A stretch of 63,327 bases of DNA, the filler included, from Octopus bimaculoides (Eukaryota), in assembly GCF_001194135.2 (NCBI RefSeq). It is 5 parts of 5 records of this genome, joined end to end, with 100 filler letters (N's around TTAATTAATTAA, not from the genome) between each part and the next. Parts side by side here need not be neighbours in the genome. Positions count along the whole stretch, not along the records: positions 12,391 to 43,351 come from NC_068993.1; positions 43,452 to 58,472 come from NC_068982.1; 3 more parts are not named here. One strand, given 5' to 3'. Shown piece by piece: positions 39,170 to 51,060 of this stretch; the first letter of the stretch is position 1; every line of letters begins with the position of its first letter. The position numbers and the translations under genes were made by a program. A model generated the notes under the pieces. The model was not told the DNA's origin. It did not search any database and saw only the letters and a program-made list of their open reading frames with translations.

Positions 39170-39375
39170 TACAGAATCGTTAGCACGCTGGGATAAATGC
39201 TTAACGGTATTTCGACTGCCGCTATGTGCTGACGTCAAATTTCGCCATGGTCGACTTTGCCTTTCATCCTTTCGGGGTCGACAAACTAAGTACCGGTAAA
39301 ACACTGGTGTCGATGTAATCGATTATCCCCCTTCCCCAAATTTCAGATATTGTGCCTATTTTAGAAAAGATTATG
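39170..39375 (+). mobile_element. tRNA-derived SINE
   Basis: cagaatcgttagcacg head, gtcgactttgcctttcatcctttcggggtcgacaaa core and tgtgcctattttagaaaagattat tail. Confidence 0.8.
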
Positions 39376-39651
39376 CTGAGCAGTACAATCGTATCAAGAA
39401 CTACACGGTCGAAGTGAACTTCATTACCTCACAACGATTTAACCTGTCTTTAAATCCATGAGTAGACAAGATTATCAGACTTTGTTTTAAGATACAGCAT
39501 GAAATATATCTCATATTAAACGAATTAGTACAATCCACATTACTCAAATGAGTATTCCTGGAATACTGAACACACGTTTTAGCAAATTTTAATGTTTTGC
39601 ATTAACTACACAATATTAAGCAAAGTTGTACATTAAATACATTATCTTTAC

Positions 39652-39681
39652 CTAGAAATCTCTAACTTCCACGCCAAGAAT
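39652..39681 (-). other. Candidate 30-nt exon (phase 2: FLAWKLEIS)
   Basis: ccctatcag|att...ctag|gtaaag. It continues a signal-peptide-like frame from the 40018 exon. Confidence 0.25.
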
Positions 39682-40017
39682 CTGATAGGGCTTTTACTTC
39701 CTTCACAAAATAATTATTTCACACTTCAGCCTTTAAACCGGCCGTATCCGGCCAAAATATTCTGCTCCTTTTAAGTTCAAATTGGCCAGATCCAACATCT
39801 CACACCTACTTTACAATGTTATAGTAACAATAAACTGTGACATGACTGAAATCTTAAATCCACAATATTATGCAGGGTCAATTCAAAACAATGTGAATAA
39901 ATAAGTGTTACTTTTGACAGAGTACTGTGAATGCTAAAGAGTTAAACAAAAATGATTTTCTACATAACTAGCCAAAAATATTTTAAAATCAATATGAAGA
40001 TACAGAATGTAACTTAC

Positions 40018-40230
40018 CCAATTGTAAGCAGTAGTAGGCATTTTTTCCTGGTAAACACATTTCCATGATCTTACATGAATGATTGAAGCAGCTTCCAGCA
40101 ATTCGCTGATAATGGAGACAAGAATAAGTTTTTTTTTTACAAGATGGATAAAGCATCATCTATTCGAAGCTTTGTTCAAAGTCTTGCAATAGTTGATTCA
40201 TCAAAGAAAGGAAAACAGCTGAGAAGCTTG
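40018..40230 (-). other. Candidate 5' exon of the CCP-like gene
   Basis: tcatttacag| and tgg|gtaagt are both strong sites. It ends in MEMCLPGKNAYYCLQL (phase 1) or, in another frame lacking an ATG, VFTRKKCLLLLTIG. Confidence 0.35.
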
Positions 40231-41149
40231 CTGTAAATGATTTATAGAAATAATTTATTACTAATCAAAGAGTTACGTGAAACGCAGTCGACGAAATGAA
40301 TGCAACATTAAAAAAATATATAAAAGAGATTCATAATACATCTCTATATTCATATTTTTTGCTTGGTGCATGGAATATAGTTCCTTCTCCCCTGCACACA
40401 TTCCATAGATATGAGTTTAAAACATAATTGAAACAGATGCTGGAGTGCTGCCAAACGAACGAAAGGGAATTTTAAACCACACGCTCAGCCCGTCAAGGAT
40501 GTACAACATTGCAAGTTCTACGAGGTGGAATCAAAGAGGTCCACGGACTAGTAATAACACGGTGGAATGGGATAAAGAAATCTGTAGAAGACTAGAACGA
40601 AGCGGCCTTTTAACGAAAATAATTACAAAAACGAAATTTTACTGCCATACTATGTACAGTTTCTCCCACGCACGATGTCTCAGTGAAAGATGTGCGAAAG
40701 ACTCATGTGAAATCGACATCGGAAAGTTTACAGATTATAAAATATAAGTGGAACAAAACAGTAAGTACGCAAATTGATTAATTACGCATACACTCGAATG
40801 TCTGCACAGTCATATATACATTTTAAAACACATAGTACCACACATACATACGTGAAATTTACAGGATACACATACACACTTATAAAATACGTGTTGCAAA
40901 CGAAGCAAAAAAATAAACAAAACAAAACTATTTAAAAAAATTTTTCGAACTAACACAGACAGAGCGAACAATTCATAATTTAAAAAACACCAGAAAAAAA
41001 TATACTTGGAGATAAATCTATCAACAACAACAAAAAATAAATACAGACGAATTCAGATCTGTTAAGCCTTAAGAAGCTACGTTACGAGCAATGTTTTCAA
41101 TCAGAGTACTTGGAGGCGGTATTGCCTCAAAAAATTAACCCTAAACAGA

Positions 41150-42222
41150 CAGATCCGTCCCCTAATGTCTACGTTCAAGCTCGTTATGCCTCAATGGTAA
41201 CAAATCAAAATACAAACCACATATGCCCTCTCCCGGGTCAATAAGGGCCGTGTACCCGAGTGAGGAACCACGTTGGATGAGAAAAATCAGCTACTGGTTC
41301 AAATTTTCCCGAAACACAGGATCTGAAAGTGCCCCACAACCGGAATATTCCAACAGATGGCCATCCATGCTCATTATCAAGTCACCGAAAGAAAAAGAAT
41401 GAAAAATGCTCCAGGGGAGATAATACAGAAGTTCTTACGGCCTTCTATCATGCTATGTATTTCCCCACAAATAAATCTGATACTGTACAAACCTACGTAA
41501 ACTGGAGACAGAAACACCTTGATGTAAGGCCCTAAATAGACGGTAACAAACTTGTCAAGTAACAAAAAGAAACTACTAACTGAATTAAAGATTGACCAAA
41601 TTAAACAATCAGTAAGGGATAAAAGGAATGAAGTTGCAGCTAAAGAAGATACTATAGAGGAAATAATTATAGACCAGTCCAGGTTTGACGAAAATGCTGT
41701 AATTATCAAAAGAGTTAATGCAACTGATGAGCAAAGTGAAATACTCTCTGAACCACCGATAAACACTAAAGCAGATGAAAATCAAATGGATGAAGAAAGT
41801 CACACAGAAATTGAGCCAACTGAACTACATGACCTAAACAATCAAATCATGATAAGAATGGCTGAAAATTAAAGAAACCAGTATGAATGTTCGTGACACC
41901 CTCTCAAACATTCGCAATTCGAACCAAAACCTGGAAGTTGTAAAATCCATTTTGCACTTAACGATATAATTTCAGCTAATGATGTCAATATTACAGATCT
42001 CAGCTAAAATATCAACGATATTAGGTGGTGAAAAGATTAGAAAACAATATTCCCACAAAAAAGCCTACTTGGCAAGTGCGCATTCAACACCAAATTCAGA
42101 AGAAAGAGTGGGAGAGGTTTGATCAGTTGCTAAGATTGTATCGAAGTAGAGGAAAACAGCCTAGGGTGTTATATATATAGTGAAGTGAAAGCACGTTATA
42201 AAAATAAAACTACTGAACGATA
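41150..42222 (+). mobile_element. R4/Dong element 5' region joined to a family-B 3' terminus
   Basis: RKKKNEKCSRGDNTEVLTAFYHAMY..YVNWRQKH..KKLLTELKIDQIK matches the R4-type N-terminal region. 42160-42222 matches the 3' end at 28290-28343, followed by (AAT)n. Confidence 0.65.
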
Positions 42223-42302
<80 letters not shown>

Positions 42303-43027
42303 AGGACATGAAGAAGAATTACGCAAGAAGGGACTGCACAATCAATTCCATGTAGCCACAACAGAAGTTGCTGGAAAAAATAGGTGGGATTGGCTGATAA
42401 AAGGAACCTTAAATAAAGAGATCGAGAGCACTATAGTGGTAGCGCAGGACCAAGTGACACGACCAGGTAGCGAAAGTACCACATTGGAAACTACGAAAAG
42501 TGGGGGCTAGAGCGTGGCAAAAGGTGGTATGAGTACAAGCCGCGGACAGTGGCAGAGTCGGAGACTAGCAAAACCCTCTGGGATTACCCAATCCAAACAA
42601 ATCAGGTGCTATAGCATAACAAACAGGATTTAATGGTGGTGGACAAGGTGCATCACATATGCTATATAGTTGATGTTGCATGCTTCTTTGACCTACGAAT
42701 AGTCAAGAAGGAAGGCATAAAGATAGTGAGATACAGGCCTCTTACGTACGAAATAGCCCGGCTATAGAAAACGAAGATGAAGATAGTGCTAATTATCGTT
42801 GAATCCTTGGGAGCAGTATCAGAAGACAACAAGAGAAATATAAAGGAAATTGGAAGGATGCCCAGTAGAACTATTACAAAAGTTTGCCTCCTTGGCACGG
42901 CCAGAATAATCAAGAAAGTATTAGATAGCTGAAAAGAACGAATATCATGGTACCGTAGAGCTGCAGGTAGTAAGCCCGTTACGCATGCAAGACTCCAGGA
43001 GTTCCAACAAAACCTGTGATAAAGAGA
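42303..43027 (+). mobile_element. R4/Dong 3' fragment, family E (RLE domain)
   Basis: KGLHNQF..EIESTIVVAQDQ; KTLWDYPIQT; DLMVVDK..IVDVAC; KVCLLGTARIIKKVLDS*; (ATA)n on both sides. Confidence 0.85.
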
Positions 43028-43044
43028 TAATAATAATAATAATA

Positions 43045-43114
<70 letters not shown>

Positions 43115-43115
<1 letters not shown>

Positions 43116-43351
43116 GCAACAGAACTACATGATCTAAAAAATCAAATCATGATTGAATGGCTGAAAATTAAAGAAACTAGTATGAATGAACGCGACACTC
43201 TCCCCAAAATTCGCAATTCTAACCAAAACCTGAAAATAATTGGTAAAATCCGCCTTGCACTTAAGGATATAATTTCAGCTAATGATGTTGATATTACAGA
43301 TCTCAACCACCTGTACTATGCATCCGCAAGAATCTCAACGATTCTATGTGG
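43115..43351 (+). mobile_element. R4/Dong N-terminal fragment running into a gap
   Basis: Aligns to 41820-42010 (LHDLKNQIM..RDTLPKIRNSNQNL..DITDLNHLYYA) and starts right after (AAT)n. Confidence 0.75.
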
Positions 43352-43451
43352 NNNNNNNNNNNNNNNNNNNNNNNNNNNNNNNNNNNNNNNNNNNNTTAAT
43401 TAATTAANNNNNNNNNNNNNNNNNNNNNNNNNNNNNNNNNNNNNNNNNNNN

Positions 43452-43511
<60 letters not shown>

Positions 43512-43514
<3 letters not shown>

Positions 43515-44245
43515 AGTGGATCTTGCATGCATGAAGTGGATTCGATCCACTATAGCCAAATCTAAATCAACACTTTAACAGAACTTTTCCCACGGTGGAA
43601 CAATAGTTTTTCTCTGACAGCAGTTTAATATTTTCCAGATGCCTTTAGCTAGGCCGAAACAATGTCTTCACCACTTGACCCTTCCTAACCTCTTCTACTC
43701 CACTAAAAGCTAGAATAGAGATAACAAGACCACCAACTAAATCTATTGTTCGCAATAATATAGCTATCCTTCTAGATAGTTATAAAAACAAGAGACCCCA
43801 AGCAAAACAGCAGTAGTCACTTGGCGATAACAGAGTGAAGCAACTCGTGACAACTCAATTAGTTAGTGAATGGACATCTGGAGTCATGGTCACAAGCAGG
43901 CAGTCACTAAAGACAAACGACCAGAGGAAGAAAGAAGGTTACAACTAGCCAACTATGAGACACAACTTCCCTCGACTCTAACTTTCACTAGCTCACTTTC
44001 TTATCTCTGTAATATTACTATATCTCTGTCTCTATACTGCTACAAGATCGTGTACACACATATACAGGCCGAAATTAACTTTCTTTACCTTGCATGCTTT
44101 ACGAACTGTGTTATACTATTACACTAACCTACCCGTCGTGATATGGCATTTATTAAAACAACGATAAATAAATATTTCTTTACAACTTCGATCACTGTTC
44201 TTCTTACTTCTTACAACCGTTACAATTGGTAACCCTCCGACTACA
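43512..44245 (+). mobile_element. Probable solo LTR (734 bp)
   Basis: Ends TGTAGT...ACTACA (inverted TG..CA termini), with AATAAA ~75 bp before the end and no ORF. A TSD cannot be confirmed because the left flank is (TG)n. Confidence 0.5.
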
Positions 44246-44260
44246 AACAAATTATTATCG

Positions 44261-44314
<54 letters not shown>

Positions 44315-44316
44315 GT

Positions 44317-44990
44317 ATATATGCATATATGGGTACAGGACATCACCAACTGTGTAAACAACATGAAGTACGAAAACAAACGAGTTAAATTCGCAAACAA
44401 CGAGAGAAAAAATGGAAAACAAGACAAGTAACAGAGAACAACCCTTCATCAGTTGTCGGCTGTCTACTCCTCATTTCGAGCATTCAGCGACAATATGTGT
44501 CTTCGAAGACAGTTGTTCCCATAAATTCCAAATATATATATATAAATAAGCATTGGTTATAGAACAAACATTAAATTTGGGTCAATGCCATCCGTCAAAC
44601 ATTTAATCATATATAAAAATCACTGGTCTGTTGATGGGTTTTTCTTTAGAATTATATAAGTTTTTCATGAAAAGTATAAGCTTTTCATAAAAAAGTTTTG
44701 ATCTCTGCGTGAGTCCTGGTTCCTTGATGGGAGGGGGAATCACCATGATGCACTTTAGTGTAAATGAACTGCGGTGGTGAACTCTCGAAATGGCCATAAA
44801 TATATGCGAATGTTGAATTTGACCTGTGGAGTCTGTTTATTATGAACTTTTGGATGTACTTGTGTGAGGGGAGTAAAAGACTTTTTCAAGATATATGTGA
44901 ATTTGTCCTGTAGAAGTCTATTTACTTATGAACTTTGGACGTATTTGTGTGAGGGAAGTATAAGACTTTTTTCAAATATTTAAAAAGAAT
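44317..44990 (-). mobile_element. Penelope-like-related repeat (pLTR-type block and possible endonuclease tail)
   Basis: atatgggtacaggacatcac block shared with 45850, 51440, 52200, 60300 and 61220. ~85-bp tandem duplication at 44815-44985. KL..EKL..KPINR weakly resembles a GIY-YIG C-terminus. Confidence 0.5.
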
Positions 44991-45054
44991 AAAATTTTTT
45001 TTTTTTTTTAAATTTTATGCGTCTGATGAAACTTTTATTTTATTTTATTTTTAA

Positions 45055-45217
45055 CTCTTTTACTTGTTTCAGTCATTTGTCTGCGGCCATGCTGGAGCAC
45101 CACCTTTAGTCAAGCAAATCGACCCCAGGACTTATTCTTTGTAAGCCTAGTACTTATTCTATCGGTCTCTGTTGCCGAACCGCTAAGTTACAGGGACATA
45201 AACATACCAGCATCGGT
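45055..45217 (-). mobile_element. SINE 3' half (CORE-like family)
   Basis: Reverse complement of 17400-17570. Confidence 0.85.
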
Positions 45218-45239
45218 TATTTATTTTATATTTGTCTAT

Positions 45240-45927
45240 TAGTTTTTTTTTGGTAGTTTATGAATTTTTAGTCGTGTATATTTAACTTTTTGATAGGCCG
45301 TTCTATCTGTATTGTATTCGATTATATTTTTACCTTCTGTGATTTTATGTATATGTATTATTTTTTTATGTGTTCGAAAACCATGGTGATTTTTATATAT
45401 GATTAAATGCTTGAGGGGTGGTGTTGTATGTAAAGTCGTTGGCCCAAATTTAATATTTGTTCTATAACCAATGCTTCTTTATCTTCATCTCATTTATATT
45501 GAGCACTTCTTTTGCAGTCCTATAAACCCTTTTGTTTCTGTAAAAGGAGACAAATATTATTTCTTGTTGTATGTGACGTACTTCACAGCATTCAATATAC
45601 ACATACTTTTCCATGTCTGGCTGTATAGCCTTTTTTGTTTTTTTATTTCACCGTTTCGTTTTCCTGTCTTGTTTTCCGTCCGCCACTATCCTCCATGGAA
45701 CAAATTTAATTTGTGTCCGTGGGAAGAGCCATTTTAACGATGCGTCCTGCCCTAACTCTTCGAAACGCCAGTGTTATAATGGTGGCAGCTGATGAAGGAT
45801 ATGTTTTTTGTACCTTGTTTATCATTTTGTCCATGTCTTTTTGCAACGTCATGTACCCAGATATGCATCGATATATACATGTAGATGAAGGTATGTACAT
45901 ACATGTACATATATATGCATATACTCA
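45240..45927 (+). mobile_element. Penelope-like-related repeat, opposite orientation to 44317-44990
   Basis: 45385-45477 is inverted relative to 44548-44625, and 45690-45927 aligns to 52020-52285. Confidence 0.55.
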
Positions 45928-46412
45928 NNNNNNNNNNNNNNNNNNNNNNNNNNNNNNNNNNNNNNNNNNNNNNNNNNNNNNNNNNNNNNNNNNNNNNNNN
46001 NNNNNNNNNNNNNNNNNNNNNNNNNNNNNNNNNNNNNNNNNNNNNNNNNNNNNNNNNNNNNNNNNNNNNNNNNNNNNNNNNNNNNNNNNNNNNNNNNNNN
46101 NNNNNNNNNNNNNNNNNNNNNNNNNNNNNNNNNNNNNNNNNNNNNNNNNNNNNNNNNNNNNNNNNNNNNNNNNNNNNNNNNNNNNNNNNNNNNNNNNNNN
46201 NNNNNNNNNNNNNNNNNNNNNNNNNNNNNNNNNNNNNNNNNNNNNNNNNNNNNNNNNNNNNNNNNNNNNNNNNNNNNNNNNNNNNNNNNNNNNNNNNNNN
46301 NNNNNNNNNNNNNNNNNNNNNNNNNNNNNNNNNNNNNNNNNNNNNNNNNNNNNNNNNNNNNNNNNNNNNNNNNNNNNNNNAAGTAAACTTGCAAAGTACT
46401 GCACGAGTGAAA

Positions 46413-47158
46413 ATATATAGGAAAGAGGATTTGAAAATGCAGAGGTCTTTTAAAGGTCTTTAATGACTTGACCGGTTTCACTTATTTTTTAAAAGATTTT
46501 CAAAAGTAAAATGTAAGGCTTTGTGTAGCCTTTGTTGTGTTAAAAAAATGGTTATCGTAGTTGTATTAAAATACAGTTATACAGCTTTTGATAATGATAA
46601 GAAAATGTTAAGGAATAGAATCTTTGACAATGATAAGTGTTGTGATTTTAGTTTTGATCACGTGATTTTGATTGTCTTGATTGCTGGTATATGCCTGCAG
46701 TGCGACTGCGCGGAGTTCTGTTCTGTTTGCGGCACGACGTGTTCAGCGTTGGTTGAGAATGTAGCAACTCGCTGCATAAAAATGTTTTTGCGTTGAAGTT
46801 TGGTTTTGCTTACAATTTAGCAATCTTTGTTTGTATTGTATATTTCTATATTTTTAGTCGATTAAAACCTTTTAAACTTTGATATTTGTGTTTGGGTTTA
46901 AACTGTTTAAACAAAAAGCCCCTCTTAACATTTTCTTATCATTGTCAAAGATTATATTTCTTAACATTTTCTTATCATTATCAAAAGCTGTATAACTATA
47001 TTTTAATACAACTATGATAACCATTTTTTGACACAACAAAGGCTACACGAAGCCTTACATTTTACTTTTGAAAATCTTTTTTTAAAAAGGTGAAACCGAT
47101 CAAGTCAATAAACATCATTAGAAGACCTCTGCATTTTCAAATCCTCTTTTATATATAT
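46413..47158. mobile_element. Foldback/MITE with ~225-bp imperfect inverted arms
   Basis: 46413-46636 pairs with 46930-47158 (e.g. gattttcaaaagtaaaatgtaaggctt / aagccttacattttacttttgaaaatc). Flanked by gaps. Confidence 0.85.
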
Positions 47159-47574
47159 NNNNNNNNNNNNNNNNNNNNNNNNNNNNNNNNNNNNNNNNNN
47201 NNNNNNNNNNNNNNNNNNNNNNNNNNNNNNNNNNNNNNNNNNNNNNNNNNNNNNNNNNNNNNNNNNNNNNNNNNNNNNNNNNNNNNNNNNNNNNNNNNNN
47301 NNNNNNNNNNNNNNNNNNNNNNNNNNNNNNNNNNNNNNNNNNNNNNNNNNNNNNNNNNNNNNNNNNNNNNNNNNNNNNNNNNNNNNNNNNNNNNNNNNNN
47401 NNNNNNNNNNNNNNNNNNNNNNNNNNNNNNNNNNNNNNNNNNNNNNNNNNNNNNNNNNNNNNNNNNNNNNNNNNNNNNNNNNNNNNNNNNNNNNNNNNNN
47501 NNNNNNNNNNNNNNNNNNNNNNNNNNNNNNNNNNNNNNNNNNNNNNNNNNNNNNNNNNNNNGTGGTTATTTGTT

Positions 47575-47895
47575 AGGAAGTTTGCTTCCTATCTTCGTGG
47601 TTCCGGGTGCAATCTGACTGCGTGACACCTTGGGCAAGTGTCTTCTACTGTAGCCGGAAACTGAAGGAAGCCCGGCGTATGTCTATACGTGTGTGTTTGT
47701 CCCCAAGTGCCACTTGGCAACCGGTGTTTATGTCCCCATAACTTAGCGGTTCTACTTCAGTAACCGATGGAGTAAATACCAGGCTTAAAAAAAAAAAAAA
47801 ACTAATGGGGTTAATTCATTCAATCGACTAAAAATCCTTAAGGCGGTGCCCCAGCATGGCCGCTGTCTAATGACTGAAACAAGTAAAAATAAAGA
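47575..47895 (+). mobile_element. SINE (CORE-like family), partly deleted
   Basis: caccttgggcaagtgtcttctactgtagcc...gactgaaacaagtaaaa. Confidence 0.85.
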
Positions 47896-48032
47896 TATAG
47901 TTTCTGTCTACCAGATTCACTCACAAAGTATTAGTCGGCCCGGGTCTACACGAGAAGATACGTGCCCAAGATCCTGTGCAGTGGAACCGGACTAGAAACC
48001 ACTCGGTTGCGAAACTAGTATTTTAACCACTA
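47896..48032 (-). mobile_element. SINE 5' part, tail-to-tail with the previous copy
   Basis: tttctgtctaccagattcactcacaaag...cagtggaaccgga...ttaaccac is the reverse complement of the family head. Confidence 0.7.
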
Positions 48033-48299
48033 GGAGAGTTTCGATTCATCTCTTGTTTCTACATCCTTTGGACTTATACGATTAATTCGATACATTGTGC
48101 TATTTTTAGGATGAGAGTATTTCCTTTCGTCTTTTGATAAGGATATTTTTCTAAAATTCACAAAATAATAGAAATCAAAATATATACACAACAAAACAGC
48201 AACGATAGAATTAGATATACATATATTTTTATATCTATCAAAATAATTCTTAACTAAGGACAAATAATAAGAATATTCGAATTAAAAGCTGGTGATGTA

Positions 48300-49045
48300 C
48301 ACGAATTTGACAGCTTCTAATGTAAACAGCTCGGTATGCATTACGCGCGGACGTAGTAGAAAACACATCAACAGTGCGACCAACTACAAGCATGGCAGCC
48401 AAACTACAACTGTGTTATTTGTCTATATGTTTCTGGTGTAAATTACTGGAACTTCTTAACAAGACCTAACCAATTTTCTGAAAACCTAAGAAAAGACATT
48501 TGGTTATATTTTACCAAAGAAATTTTGTTTCAGAGACACTTCTGGCATACAATATTACCATAGAAATGTCTTGTTGTCGACTCCGAAAAATCAGTACAGG
48601 CTATGATCAACACTAAATTTTAAGCCTTTCATTTGTCCATTCACGATTTTTTCTGTCAACATTTTAAAGAATAGTAATATCTGGTATATTTTTATGTAAA
48701 TTCATACTTTTAGATGGCAATGCAACTCAGATACTAGGGGTCTGATTGCCCCAACAAACACAATTTTTAGATACCGATCCGCCATTTTCTCTTCTAACAG
48801 TTTTCAGTCTATAGAAATATCGTCTTAATATTTTGCTAAAACATCATTTTTGGCCTTAAATAATAAGCAATTGTATTTTTGATGATGCGATGTGTCTTAT
48901 GTAAATGATTGAATAAAGTTATTGTATATTTTTACTCAGTTTGAATATGCACAGCTAACAACATAGGACAGACGTTACCAGTTTAGTTCAAATATATCAC
49001 AATATTTTTCTCAGTTATTTAATAAATTGTTTCAAAATATATTTT
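48300..49045 (-). promoter_or_regulatory. Orphan duplicate of the histone H1 upstream region
   Basis: Colinear with 56660-57440 (cattacgcgcggacgtagtag; agagacacttctggcat; ggggtctgattgccccaacaaacacaatttttagataccgatccgccattttctc). TATA is lost and the H1 box is altered to TAACACA. Confidence 0.85.
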
Positions 49046-49219
49046 TATTTCATACTACTGAATATGAAAATACTTTCTTTTCACTTCATAACAGATTTGC
49101 TAAAAAGTTTTGCGAAAGCAAAATGTTTGTTGTGTATAACGATTCATTTTATATAACTGCAGTTTAGCGCCACATTGTGATTTTGTTTCCTCATAACATT
49201 AATAACAGCTTCTGATTCA

Positions 49220-49412
49220 GGCACAAGGCCAGAAATTTTTGAACGGTGGTGTTTAATCGACTGCATCCATCTCAGTACTCGATGACTTCTTTATTTGATC
49301 CTAGAGTAATGAAAGGTGAGATTTCAACTTGGAACGTAAAGAACAAAAAGAAATATTGCAAGGCATTCCCTCTGGAGCTCAAACAATTCTACCAGCTCAC
49401 CACTTTAATAAT
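49220..49412 (-). mobile_element. Decayed SINE (family of 39170-39375)
   Basis: aggcacaaggccagaaattt...atgaaaggtgag...ctaccagctcacc. Confidence 0.6.
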
Positions 49413-49448
49413 GAGATTTTACAGCGATACGATTCCGAAGATGATAAT

Positions 49449-49900
49449 AAGGTAATCTTCCAGTTTAGGGATGTAAAAAAAGTAAATAAAAATACAAGGG
49501 AAATAACTTAACGTTTTACTAGTATTATCCGTACTCTCCTCACCTCACCCGTTCGCCAGCGCGCATTTTTTTCTTCATATTCGTTCACAGCAAGTTGTTT
49601 TACACCTATTACACTAATTTTTTTATTTATTTTTGAGCTCGGGTCAAACGCTTTAGTTTAACCGTTATTTCCCTATACTGGAAGATTACCAAAAATTCTT
49701 GTGCAGCCGGTACTATGATATTCAATCACGTGTGTGATTTATATATAAACAGTTAACTTCAATCACGTGTGTGATTTATTTATAAACAGCTAAAAAAAAA
49801 AAACATTTCAGAGTAGTACGGATAATACTAGTAAGACGTTAAGTTATTTCCCTTGTATTTTTATTTACTTTTTTACCTCACTAAACTGGAAGATTACCTG
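49449..49900. mobile_element. MITE with ~88-bp TIRs, hAT-like
   Basis: 49450-49537 pairs with 49811-49899. Flanks atgataat / ataataat form an 8-bp near-TSD. Internal 32-bp direct repeat ttcaatcacgtgtgtgattta at 49720-49790. Confidence 0.8.
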
Positions 49901-49994
49901 ATAATAATAATTATTTTTTAATTATTTTATTTTTACGCAGAGAGAAACGCTATCCACATCTGTTTTAATCATTCTATAACTTCTTTGTGATCAT

Positions 49995-50385
49995 TACACT
50001 GCATCATTACTATAATCAATATAGCGTCCATTTCTCCGTGTTAGACGGAGTTTATTCAGGCCGAATGCCCTTACTGTCTTCAACCCTGACCTGTTTCTAA
50101 GCAAAGTAATATTTCCCCTTAACCAGACATGTTTTCGCAGGATATTGGAAATGAACGTCACTGCTTGTATGACAGTGACATTCATTTACAACTATCAGGA
50201 TGTTAGGACAAGGACGCGCGCATGCACACACATATACGACGGGAGATTGTTTACATTTCTTGTCTACCATATCAGCTCACACGACCTTGGTCAGCCTTGG
50301 GCTATAATAGATGCTTGCCCAATGTGCTGTGCAGTGGATTGAACTTGAAACCATGTGGTTGAGTATCTGAAGCCCAATAAACAAA
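49995..50385 (-). mobile_element. Decayed SINE (family of 3893-4262)
   Basis: gcttgtatgacagtgacattcatttacaactatca shared with 4058-4095; CORE-like gcttgcccaatgtgc...cagtggattgaac. Confidence 0.65.
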
Positions 50386-50518
50386 TCCAAATTAACAAAT
50401 TACGGAACATTTTTGATTTCTCTTGAAGTAAGCTAAACTTACTCTAGTATTTTATTTTATGATGCCTTCCAAATTTATATTAATAATGAACAATATTTTC
50501 TTTTCATATATGATATAG

Positions 50519-50899
50519 GTGTGGAGGCGCAATGGCCCAGTGGTTAGGGTAGCGGACTCGCGGTCATAGGATCGCGGTTTCGATTCCCAGACCGGGCGTT
50601 GTGAGTGTTTATTGAGCGAAAACACCTAAAGTTCCACGAGACTCCGGCAGGGGATGGTGGTGAACCCTACTGTGCTCTTTCACCACAACTTTCTCTTACT
50701 TCCTATTTCTGTTGCGTCTGTAATTCAAAGGGTCAGCCTTGTCACACTGTGTCACGCTGAATATCCCCGAGAACTACGTTAAGGGTACACGTGTCTGTGG
50801 AGTGCTCAGCCACTTGCACGTTAATTTCACGAGCAGGCTGTTCCGTTGATCGGATCAACTGGAACCCTCGACATCGTAAGCGACGGAGTGCCAACAACA
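50519..50899 (+). mobile_element. Relatively intact tRNA-derived SINE
   Basis: A box tggcccagtgg at 50533-50543, B box ggtttcgattcc at 50577-50588, then a non-tRNA body and an (AAC) end. Confidence 0.85.
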
Positions 50900-51060
50900 T
50901 GATATAGTCACAAACAAATTTTAAATTATGAATTTCTTGTTTTTCATTGAAAAAATAAAACGACTTTAAAAAACTTTTATCAACAGTCATCATTTATATC
51001 TTTGAAATTACATTGCTGTGAAATTTTGTTTCCTTCTTTCTTTGTGCCTGAGTATATATT

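Noticed and set aside
40445-40747. 100-aa plus-strand ORF followed by a GTAAGT donor-like site
   Set aside because: No ATG start, no recognisable domain and no partner exon found.
50519-50600. tRNA-like A and B boxes (also 63043-63110 and other SINE heads)
   Set aside because: No complete cloverleaf, and each continues into a repeated non-tRNA body, so these are SINE heads.
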